From IMG/VR virus record IMGVR_UViG_3300020185_000022: 64,000 nt of DNA, one strand, 5' to 3'. Source of the DNA: a virus. The notes under the pieces were generated by a model. The model was not told the DNA's origin and searched no databases. It was given only the letters and a program-made list of their open reading frames with translations. The position numbers were made by a program, and so were the translations under genes. How positions within the stretch are numbered: the stretch's first letter is position 1; the number at the start of each line of letters is the position of its first letter. Shown in pieces: positions 27,640 through 35,118 of the stretch.

Positions 27640-27667
27640 TTCATTAAAATCTTAAAACATTTCAATC

Positions 27668-28024
27668 ATGGACAAGAAAATATTCAATGAGGACTCATTA
27701 GGTGAGGAAATCAAAAAGCAGTGGGGAGAGTTTGGCGCTCACTACGAAGTATACCAAATGCTTCTAAAGGCATTAAAGGCAACGGAGAAAAGCGAATACA
27801 CAGAATGGGCAGGTCAACGTCAGATAATGCACGACAAGATAGAAACCCTTCAGCAAGAACTCAAAAGGGTGAATCTTAGTAAATCGCTATTGGCCTTTGA
27901 GTTAAAAACATTGCAAGGATTTCACACGGAGTTGTACAATAAGGTTGAGGCTGACGAAACAATAGAGCCTATTACTAAATACGTATCTCCAGAGGATTTA
28001 GATGAACTAACCAACAACCAATAG
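27668..28024 (+). CDS. Hypothetical protein (helical)
   Basis: 118-aa ORF. Confidence 0.5.
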   Translation: MDKKIFNEDSLGEEIKKQWGEFGAHYEVYQMLLKALKATEKSEYTEWAGQRQIMHDKIETLQQELKRVNLSKSLLAFELKTLQGFHTELYNKVEADETIEPITKYVSPEDLDELTNNQ

Positions 28025-28267
28025 AGAGATGAACTCAAAAATAGGAAGAACTTATAGCGTAGTTAAATTTAGGTGGGTCAGGTTCAGAAGGCTTTTTCCT
28101 AATGGAATCAAAATAATAGAACCAACAACAAGTAGAAAGTAATAGTTTATCACACGCTGAAGAACGGAAGGCTGCCTCTATATAGTCCTATGTTGAAAAA
28201 AACTCTCAGATGAATAAGAGGGACTATTATACCTATATCAAATATTAATCACCAAATACCTTGAATT

Positions 28268-28456
28268 ATGGAAGATTACACTTCTATGTCTGTAGAGGAC
28301 ATTAAACAGGAAATGACTAGACTTGAGAACGAAGTAGAGTTAAAGAAAGAAGCTCGTAGGAGTAGTAAAGAAGAGCGAACTAAGCTTTATGAACTTGAGG
28401 AGATACTCAGGGACAGATATATTACTCATGTAGTAAATGAAGATCTTATATCATGA
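28268..28456 (+). CDS. Hypothetical coiled-coil protein
   Basis: 62-aa ORF whose stop overlaps the next start (ATGA). Confidence 0.45.
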   Translation: MEDYTSMSVEDIKQEMTRLENEVELKKEARRSSKEERTKLYELEEILRDRYITHVVNEDLIS

Positions 28457-28740
28457 AAAAGTTTGAAGATTTGCTACAATATGAAATCAACATGGCAATT
28501 GAAAATGTTGATGTACTACGAAGAGTGTGCAATGCACTCTGGGAAAGTTATGGGGAAACAAGTGATGAAGGTTACTTAACTACTCATGAACAAAATCTTG
28601 AACGTCTAGCATTTGCACAACAACGTGTGACTAGACTTACTGATTTAGCTGCTCATTTTAAAGAAGAGTGGGATAACATCAGAATGGACAATGCCACTGT
28701 GTACATGGAAATGGGCACATTAGCTTTTAGTCTAAACTAA
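28453..28740 (+). CDS. Hypothetical protein
   Basis: 95-aa ORF. Confidence 0.5.
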   Translation: MKKFEDLLQYEINMAIENVDVLRRVCNALWESYGETSDEGYLTTHEQNLERLAFAQQRVTRLTDLAAHFKEEWDNIRMDNATVYMEMGTLAFSLN

Positions 28741-28861
28741 TACATACAAGGACTAAGTAGTAAGAGCATAGCTGTTATGGTTATAATAAGTACAGGAATT
28801 ATGTCTTGGAAATTTTAGCTGTAATGGCGCTCTTCACTACGCGTCCATAATACATACCATC

Positions 28862-29227
28862 ATGATTACTCTGATTATAACAATTTACGTAGTTATCTGT
28901 CTACACATGACTTACAGATTAACATTTGAATTTAATGAGCATGTTGATAATACTATTAATTGGCACCATCCTGTGCCATTTACTTTGTGGTTCTTAATTA
29001 TACTTTTAGGCGTTAGTCTAGTTATATTTTCTATGATGTTTAAAAGACTTTTTAAGAATATTATTATGGTATATCTTGCTTATAAACTGCAGAAAAAATT
29101 AAAGGAAGTTATGGGAGAAACTTCTCCTGAAATGACAAAGCAATTGCAAGGAAGCTTAAGAAAACTTACTTGGGATGTGTTTACTTCTTCTTACATTAGA
29201 TTTCGTCCTAAAGACAGAAAATCTTAA
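28862..29227 (+). CDS. Membrane protein
   Basis: 121 aa, two to three hydrophobic helices. Confidence 0.5.
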   Translation: MITLIITIYVVICLHMTYRLTFEFNEHVDNTINWHHPVPFTLWFLIILLGVSLVIFSMMFKRLFKNIIMVYLAYKLQKKLKEVMGETSPEMTKQLQGSLRKLTWDVFTSSYIRFRPKDRKS

Positions 29228-29243
29228 TCATTAAAAACTAGCC

Positions 29244-29648
29244 ATGACACATATATTTTACTTTTTTACTCTTTTTGCTTTAGCTTGGGAGTATAAAAAC
29301 TTTACTGATCCATATGCAGTAAAGCGTTGGGCTGATTATGCTAAAAAGCATATGAAAAAAGAGAATGTAGAGAGCAGAAAGAAAGCTGGAGAAGAAATAA
29401 TAGAAAGTAGTGTAGTTTTCTTTTTCCCTTTGAATCTTTTGTATATGTTCTGGGCATTTGTAGGATTATTCACTTCACAGTGGGCATTGTTTGCTGCATT
29501 ATACCTATTATCTCTGATAAAGAGAAAAGATAGGTCAGCTACATATCGTCGTATTAACGGCTTTATTAGCTTTTGCATCCTAGTGTTTATAATACTAAAC
29601 AAGTACCATTTTAAACTGGACTTGTGGTCCATGCTTACTAGCATGTAA
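29244..29648 (+). CDS. Membrane protein
   Basis: 134 aa, about four hydrophobic helices. The antisense ORF 29336..29680 is judged a shadow. Confidence 0.5.
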   Translation: MTHIFYFFTLFALAWEYKNFTDPYAVKRWADYAKKHMKKENVESRKKAGEEIIESSVVFFFPLNLLYMFWAFVGLFTSQWALFAALYLLSLIKRKDRSATYRRINGFISFCILVFIILNKYHFKLDLWSMLTSM

Positions 29649-29763
29649 TGCAGAAAATTTGCTGTAGTGCCTTCCCCCAAGAGAGTGAGAGAATTAAAGT
29701 TGAGTCACAATTGGCACTGCAGTTCATTTAAAGAAATAATCAAATTCTCCAACACCATTACAT

Positions 29764-30189
29764 ATGGATGAAAAAACTAAAAAAATATTCGAACGAGCTA
29801 TAGTATCTGGGAACACTGAATTAGTGTCTAAAATGTTACTTAGCGATCTTCTTAAAAATGTTACTAATGCATCTGATCCATTTAATGCACCTGGTCCACT
29901 AACAGAATATTTAGATGGCAAGAAAGAGTCTGTTTGGTCTAAACGTGTAGCCATGGATAAGTATGATCCTCTAGAAGAGAAGCTTGCAGCTTCTAGGCTT
30001 TGTAAAAACCATGAAAGGGATATTAAAAGAGCCTTGACAGACTTTAGACTGTCCAAAGGTATGATAACTCCTAAACTCTTTTCGTTTTTATTTTTGAATG
30101 AGATTGATGTTGACTTACGTATACTTCTTCATTCAGAATTTGTGAAACTTGTTGATGATATTATTAGTAAGTCTAATGAGCTTAAATAG
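29764..30189 (+). CDS. Hypothetical protein
   Basis: 141-aa ORF. The antisense ORF 29724..30056 is judged a shadow. Confidence 0.5.
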   Translation: MDEKTKKIFERAIVSGNTELVSKMLLSDLLKNVTNASDPFNAPGPLTEYLDGKKESVWSKRVAMDKYDPLEEKLAASRLCKNHERDIKRALTDFRLSKGMITPKLFSFLFLNEIDVDLRILLHSEFVKLVDDIISKSNELK

Positions 30190-30535
30190 AAGAGAAAAAA
30201 GAGCCGCTGCAAGAGCAGAGAAGTTAGGAACTTTATTAAAGGACTCTCCTAAAATAGCAACAAAAGATTACAGTAATTTACGTGGAAACTTTGCTACTAC
30301 TATAGAACACTGGATTACTAGATCAAGATTTAAGTATATCGAAAGATGTAAAAGGTCTATAAAAAAATCTAATCGTAGAAGAAAGAACAGAGTGAATAAA
30401 AGAGTCTTTGATAATCTTATCTTAAATGGACTGGTTATAAGTAGTAATATTGAGCATATTCAAGCTTTCTCTCTTTCTATTCCCCATGTACTAACTAAAG
30501 AATTTAAAGAAACACTTTATAGTTGGAAATTTTAA
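30176..30535 (+). CDS. Basic hypothetical protein
   Basis: The track ORF starts at 30149. I prefer the ATG at 30176 (MSLNRREKRAAARAEK...). The protein is strongly Arg/Lys-rich. Confidence 0.45.
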   Translation: MSLNRREKRAAARAEKLGTLLKDSPKIATKDYSNLRGNFATTIEHWITRSRFKYIERCKRSIKKSNRRRKNRVNKRVFDNLILNGLVISSNIEHIQAFSLSIPHVLTKEFKETLYSWKF

Positions 30536-30984
30536 TACTAAATCAAATTAGAAAAATTCTTGCAAACGAAAAAGAAGTTGCAAAACTTCTTGGATAATAC
30601 AATACGAGGTCACACGCAAGTGTTGAGGACTATTCTCGTGTTAAGGGGAACTGAAATCCTTTCAGCCCTAATATTGAAACTGTATAGTAATGTGCAGAAT
30701 ACTACTGGATGTATGCCATAAAGCCAGAATAATAGTATTGGAAGTTGGCAGCTTGACCATTTATTTAGCCCACGCTAGAATGTAGGACGTAAAGCCCTTG
30801 TCTAGAGAGTAGGACGACATAAATGGTGCTAAAACTTTTAAATATTCAGGTGCATAGTATCAAATAAAGTGGAGAGTGTGAGTACTCTATCGAGCCAGAA
30901 GCTCTTTCTACACATTTGATGTAATTAACCTTCAAAAGCCACAGGCAGAGATCCGAACTGCTAGATATTATGTGCCTTAGAATA

Positions 30985-31055
30985 TTAGCTGTGCGTACAT
31001 ACTTTCAAGGGCCAGACGCTTAACCTGGATTCCTGAAAGTGTATGCATTGGCTAG
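30985..31055 (+). ncRNA. Hairpin module D1 (AGCUG/GGCU family)
   Basis: TTAGCTGTGCGTAC (30985-30998) pairs with GTATGCATTGGCTAG (31041-31055), 14 bp including 4 G:U, with a 1-nt bulge. This stacks on ACTTTCA/TGAAAGT (7 bp) and then CCAG/CTGG. Confidence 0.5.
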
Positions 31056-31103
31056 ATAGTAATCTGTAGAACAGTAGGGCGTTCTACTCATTTGTCAGAG
31101 TTT

Positions 31104-31152
31104 AGAGAGGGGGTTTTGAGGTGTCATGCCCTTTCGTTTCCCCCTCTTTATC
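31104..31152 (+). terminator. Hairpin ending island D (terminator-like)
   Basis: AGAGAGGGGG (31104-31113) pairs with CCCCCTCTTT (31140-31149). The U-tail is weak. Confidence 0.4.
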
Positions 31153-31165
31153 TCGCTTAACTAAA

Positions 31166-31173
31166 TACGTTTG
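31166..31173 (+). promoter_or_regulatory. TAnnTTTG box
   Basis: TACGTTTG ends 2 nt before the ATG at 31176, just after the island-D terminator-like hairpin. Confidence 0.4.
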
Positions 31174-31175
31174 AA

Positions 31176-31511
31176 ATGAATAAATTTCATAATCATATTC
31201 ACCTCGACGGAGGAACTGTCATTACTGCTGTAGGTGAATATAATGACCAAGCTATGTGCTTGGAAGTAGGAATGGCAGTATGTTCTAATAGAGATAATTG
31301 GAACAGAAGAAAAGGCAACATGATTGCCAAAGGAAGACTCGATAAAGGTAGACTTTTCGCAAGTATTCCAATGAAAGGTGAACCATCTGTAGAGATGTGG
31401 AAATCTTACATGCTCGAAACTAAAGTCAAAATCGCTGACCAAGTTGAGCAAGAGAATGTTACCCCCAAGAATTTAAGAGTGGCTCGAATTGTCGATGTTA
31501 CTAAAGCATAA
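31176..31511 (+). CDS. Hypothetical protein
   Basis: 111 aa. The TACGTTTG box ends 2 nt before the ATG, so the mRNA is possibly leaderless. Confidence 0.5.
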   Translation: MNKFHNHIHLDGGTVITAVGEYNDQAMCLEVGMAVCSNRDNWNRRKGNMIAKGRLDKGRLFASIPMKGEPSVEMWKSYMLETKVKIADQVEQENVTPKNLRVARIVDVTKA

Positions 31512-31526
31512 TTCATGGTGAATTGA

Positions 31527-31606
31527 AGAGCTGTAAGCTTACTTCTAAGATTACTCTGGTTCCCGCTGGTTCCTTTAGGGTGCTTAGGAGTTTTGCTTAT
31601 GGCTTT
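31527..31606 (+). ncRNA. Hairpin module E1 (AGCUG/GGCU family)
   Basis: AGAGCTGTAAGC (31527-31538) pairs with GCTTATGGCTTT (31595-31606), 12 bp including 3 G:U. It stacks on ACTTCTAAG/CTTAGGAGT (9 bp, 1 U:G). Confidence 0.5.
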
Positions 31607-31629
31607 ATTGTTAACATAATAACTTGAAA

Positions 31630-31929
31630 ATGACTCTTTTACAAGAAAAATTACCGTGGAATGATAAAAATGTTATCAAATTTCACAGAGCAATGAAGAT
31701 CATGAGTGATCTTTATCCTAAGCTCCCTAGGTTTACAACAAGAAAATTTAGAGGATCAAAGTCTTCCCATAATAATCTAAGTAAGATGTTTATCTGGCGT
31801 TCATTTGAGATACGCTGCGTGAATTTCTTTTTAAGATTACCGAAAGAAAACTTACAAAGTAAGTATTTCGACAGAAAAGAGAAGAGTTTTAATCCGAATG
31901 GTATGGAGTCAGAATCCCCAACCAGTTAG
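31630..31929 (+). CDS. Doubtful ORF (basic, 99 aa)
   Basis: The track ORF 31624..31929 begins at a TTG; the first ATG is at 31630. It lies inside an otherwise ORF-free, structured island. Confidence 0.3.
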   Translation: MTLLQEKLPWNDKNVIKFHRAMKIMSDLYPKLPRFTTRKFRGSKSSHNNLSKMFIWRSFEIRCVNFFLRLPKENLQSKYFDRKEKSFNPNGMESESPTS

Positions 31930-32121
31930 TACCCTTAGTAATAAATACAACTAGCATTTGTCGTGCTAGGCCTGCCTTGCAATCAATAATCAGGTTGACA
32001 CACCTTGCAGCTATGTGGGTTCCCCACAATAGTCATAGAAGTGAGAAACACAGAAGTAGTAATAGATGGCATGCTACAAGGACTTTATTGCTTTGGGTTA
32101 ACTGGTAAATTTAATTTAATC

Positions 32122-32877
32122 ATGGACGAAAGAAAAATAAAAAGAGCTGCTTCTCTCATTAGAGATGAAATAGCACCGAAAATCAAAAAAGGATACTTAG
32201 AAGAAGGTCCTAAATATGGAGGAGGAGTACATATGATTTATGTGACTCCTGCTGACATATTTGAAAAGAAACCTCAACTAGAATCTTTACTTACTAGTGC
32301 AGGACTTACAGAAAAGGTCAGAGTTATCAATGATTCAGAACTGAAAATCTTTATATGGAATATGGATCCTCTAGTTGCAGGACATGTCCCAAAAGAGGTC
32401 ATGAGGAATATGGTAGAAGATTTGATATCAATGAATAATTGGGAAAATAGTACTAGTGCCTTAACTAGAATTGTTTCCAATATTCATAGCATGCCTGCTC
32501 CTGATCTAGGTAAAGCTCTTTGTACTATTCTAGCTAATCTTACTGGTGCAACTGCAGCTGATAGCATAGATTACATGGGATACGTATCTCATGCTTCTAT
32601 GATTAGAGCAGATATATTGGAAAAAACTGATCCAGATATTAAGACAACAGAGCAGTTTTGGGAAAAATATTCTGATGTAAAATCACATCCTGCACATTTA
32701 GACTCACTTATTATTAAGTTTGAATCTAAAGAAGATGAAAAGCCTACTATGGTTTCTTATCTAATTAACAATTTTAATGTGGATGCTGATATCCACGAGT
32801 ATTCAGAAAAAGCTGAAGGGCATGTTAGGTCAGGTGACTTAGGAAACTTTTGGAAGCTTTACAAAATGAATCTTTAG
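32122..32877 (+). CDS. Hypothetical protein
   Basis: The track ORF starts at 32005. I prefer the ATG at 32122 (MDERKIKRAASL...). Confidence 0.5.
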   Translation: MDERKIKRAASLIRDEIAPKIKKGYLEEGPKYGGGVHMIYVTPADIFEKKPQLESLLTSAGLTEKVRVINDSELKIFIWNMDPLVAGHVPKEVMRNMVEDLISMNNWENSTSALTRIVSNIHSMPAPDLGKALCTILANLTGATAADSIDYMGYVSHASMIRADILEKTDPDIKTTEQFWEKYSDVKSHPAHLDSLIIKFESKEDEKPTMVSYLINNFNVDADIHEYSEKAEGHVRSGDLGNFWKLYKMNL

Positions 32878-32879
32878 AT

Positions 32880-33494
32880 ATGAAAAAAATACTTTTTGCA
32901 ATGTTTCCTAAATTATTTGGAAAAGAACGAACAGAAATCAGAGAAGAGAAGATTTCTTCAGATGAAGAGTTGAAAGACTTTTCAGAAAAAGCTGCTATAT
33001 TTTCAAACAACTTTGAAGATTTAGTATCAGAAGCTGATAGAATCAAAATCAAAAACTTCAAGAAGGACATAGCTCCTGTAGTGTATAGTCATGATTCTAA
33101 AAGTTTACTTGATGCCCTTAATGTTGTAGAGGGCAGAGGTAAAGAACTACTTGATAATTATAGATATGTAGTCAAAGAAGCTCAAGAAATAACTAAAGAG
33201 CCTTTATCTACTTCTACTAATCTTCAAATTATGGACGACATAAGTCAGTCTAGAGCAGAACTTTTGTGGCTTGTCTACAATGTAGCTTCTAATAATTTAG
33301 ATACAAATTCTTCATTTCTAGACAGTTCTCTTGAAACTAAAAGTATGGTAGTTTCAGTTGGGCCTGATGGAAAGCCTAATGTTGAAGGAGAGGATTTTGA
33401 TAAACTTCCTCCTCCTGTACAAGAAGCAATTCTAAAAATCCTTAAGAAAAGAGGAGGCATTGAAGGACTCGATGGCTTTGATTTCGGAGGATAA
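32880..33494 (+). CDS. Hypothetical protein
   Basis: The track ORF starts at 32850. I prefer the ATG at 32880 (MKKILFAMFPK...), just after the upstream stop. Confidence 0.5.
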   Translation: MKKILFAMFPKLFGKERTEIREEKISSDEELKDFSEKAAIFSNNFEDLVSEADRIKIKNFKKDIAPVVYSHDSKSLLDALNVVEGRGKELLDNYRYVVKEAQEITKEPLSTSTNLQIMDDISQSRAELLWLVYNVASNNLDTNSSFLDSSLETKSMVVSVGPDGKPNVEGEDFDKLPPPVQEAILKILKKRGGIEGLDGFDFGG

Positions 33495-33574
33495 AAATAA
33501 TTGAGGGTAAAGGGACGCCTTCAGTTCTATGTTAATTTGTTGTCCTATTTATTTAATTTAATTGTTTTTTTGTT

Positions 33575-34156
33575 ATGAAAAATAACACAACTTTTGCTGC
33601 CATTCTTTTGGCTGCTGGACCAGTCTTTATTCGTAAAGCTTGGGTAAATACCAATTCCAAGAAAGGGGATCAAGTTTCGATCCAAATGTTTCAAGTAATC
33701 AAGTCTTCTTCGGAAGGTCCTGGATTGATTGGAGCAATTTCTCAAGGAATTGAGGGTGCTGGAACTCAAAAAGTTACTGCTATCCAAAGTGTTCGAAGAG
33801 ACATTGCAGAGAAGGCCCTAGGTCACAACTTTGACAATGGAGATTTGGATTTCTCAAATGTTGGTGGAGGAACAGATCAGGCAGTGCCTGCTTCAATTCT
33901 TTTTGGCGACACTGAAGTGAATATTCAGGTAACTGAAAACTTCACTCCAAATGCGTTTGCTAAGAATCATGAGCCTAAAATGAATCCTTCTACGGAAGAG
34001 GTAGTTGAGGCTGTGAATCCTGCAACTGGACAGGCTTCGCCTGTATACCGTCACACAGAACTTGTGGCTGGTGATGCTAATCACAAATATGTGAGCACTG
34101 CATCTTCTTCAGTTGAAGCTACTGCTTCTTCTGCAATTGAAGAGGCAACTGCCTAA
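33575..34156 (+). CDS. Hypothetical protein, probably highly expressed
   Basis: 193 aa followed by two consecutive strong terminator hairpins. Confidence 0.55.
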   Translation: MKNNTTFAAILLAAGPVFIRKAWVNTNSKKGDQVSIQMFQVIKSSSEGPGLIGAISQGIEGAGTQKVTAIQSVRRDIAEKALGHNFDNGDLDFSNVGGGTDQAVPASILFGDTEVNIQVTENFTPNAFAKNHEPKMNPSTEEVVEAVNPATGQASPVYRHTELVAGDANHKYVSTASSSVEATASSAIEEATA

Positions 34157-34177
34157 GCATTCAGAGATTGAAATTAA

Positions 34178-34208
34178 GAGAGGGAGTCTTCGGATTCCCT
34201 CTTTTTCC
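34178..34208 (+). terminator. Intrinsic terminator with a UUCG tetraloop
   Basis: GAGAGGGAGTC-ttcg-GATTCCCTCTT followed by TTTCC. Confidence 0.7.
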
Positions 34209-34225
34209 TTGAAAATAAAAATGTA

Positions 34226-34290
34226 AGACAGGCTGAAAATTAGAGAGAGGGTCTTTTGGTGATTAGCCCTCTTCTCTGCCTGTCTTTTTA
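34226..34290 (+). terminator. Second, long intrinsic terminator
   Basis: AGACAGGC/GCCTGTCT (8 bp) stacked on AGAGAGAGGG/CCCTCTTCTCT, followed by TTTTTA. Confidence 0.65.
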
Positions 34291-34298
34291 GAATTAAA

Positions 34299-34565
34299 AT
34301 GGAGAATAAATACATGGTCAAAGTAAAGTTAGATAGGAGTACAATAAATTTATTTTTTATGAATGGGTATTATCTTTCTAAGTACTCTTCTGTACTTACA
34401 GATACTGTCTTTGTACAAACATTGATATATATGCTTATAAATAATCTTAAGATTTCTGCAACACTTTTAATAGAAAATGTTAATAGACTTAATCCTCGTC
34501 AAGCAGAACATATCATTTCTGTTTTAGAAAACGAGATAAGTCTTAAGACTGCAAGTAATAACTAA
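34299..34565 (+). CDS. Hypothetical protein
   Basis: 88-aa ORF. Confidence 0.45.
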   Translation: MENKYMVKVKLDRSTINLFFMNGYYLSKYSSVLTDTVFVQTLIYMLINNLKISATLLIENVNRLNPRQAEHIISVLENEISLKTASNN

Positions 34566-34574
34566 AAAAAGAAC

Positions 34575-34826
34575 ATGGTAGATGAAAAACAATGTTACAA
34601 ATTTTTCAATCCTGAAGGCACTCTAATTGGAGTAGCTAAAACAAAAATAGGATGCATACTTTACGCAAAAGAACAAGGATTAACGGGTTATTTCGTTCCC
34701 TTTATTCCAGATCCCCTTGGTCTATATTACATAGACAAGTGGTCCCAATGGTTAGACGATAAAATACAAATCAATACAATTTCAAATGAAGTTAGAAGTA
34801 AAATTAGACACTCTGGTAGAACTTGA
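34575..34826 (+). CDS. Hypothetical protein
   Basis: 83-aa ORF. Confidence 0.45.
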   Translation: MVDEKQCYKFFNPEGTLIGVAKTKIGCILYAKEQGLTGYFVPFIPDPLGLYYIDKWSQWLDDKIQINTISNEVRSKIRHSGRT

Positions 34827-35109
34827 TAACAAGATCAAGAGTTTGACAAAGAAAAATGAGGAGCTGAAATCAAAAAAGGAAAAGTCTAGTTCTATTCCAA
34901 GAACAGTAGTAGCACTTCCCTCAAAGTATGATTTTAGAAATATGAGAGATTCTTTGGGTGAAACTTACTCTGAAGTAGCAAGAAATTCAGGAGCTTCTTA
35001 TAGTGCAGTTCGTCGTCTTGAGAATGGTGACTCTGTAGCTTATGGAAGTGTTATGAAAATTCATAACTACTTGACTAAGAAAACTCTTAGAAAAAAAGTG
35101 ACATCATAA
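34786..35109 (+). CDS. XRE-type helix-turn-helix protein with an N-terminal coiled coil
   Basis: Segment MRDSLGETYSEVARNSGASYSAVRRLENGDSVAYGSVMKIHNYL fits an HTH_XRE pattern. Confidence 0.55.
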   Translation: MKLEVKLDTLVELDNKIKSLTKKNEELKSKKEKSSSIPRTVVALPSKYDFRNMRDSLGETYSEVARNSGASYSAVRRLENGDSVAYGSVMKIHNYLTKKTLRKKVTS

Positions 35110-35118
35110 ATCATTAGT

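Larger units (their letters stand above)
26752..27667 (+). ncRNA. ORF-free island C (916 nt): candidate large structured RNA (unclassified)
   Basis: There is no convincing ORF; the 76-aa antisense ORF 27382..27612 is judged spurious. Nested long-range helices are C1, 27268-27277/27354-27363 (10 bp) and C2. Confidence 0.5.
30536..31152 (+). ncRNA. ORF-free island D (about 620 nt): candidate structured RNA (unclassified)
   Basis: TAA triplets hit all three frames within the first 110 nt. Serial hairpins include an 8-bp stem with a GCAA loop (30572-30591), 30756-30764/30819-30827 (9 bp), D1, and 31065-31071/31081-31087 (7 bp). The island ends in a terminator-like hairpin. Confidence 0.5.

Noticed and set aside
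26752-27667. The idea that the islands are group I or II introns interrupting genes.
   Set aside because: The flanking ORFs are complete small genes with their own starts and stops, and do not look like two halves of one protein. I could not recognise intron core motifs by eye. This is not excluded for a free-standing degenerate intron, and cmscan would decide it.
22997-32121. The idea that the ORF-free islands are coding under a reassigned stop codon (TAG or TGA recoding, as in some Bacteroidota phages).
   Set aside because: TAA itself is dense in all three frames of the islands (checked explicitly for 30536-30730). All structural and replication genes are intact in the standard code.
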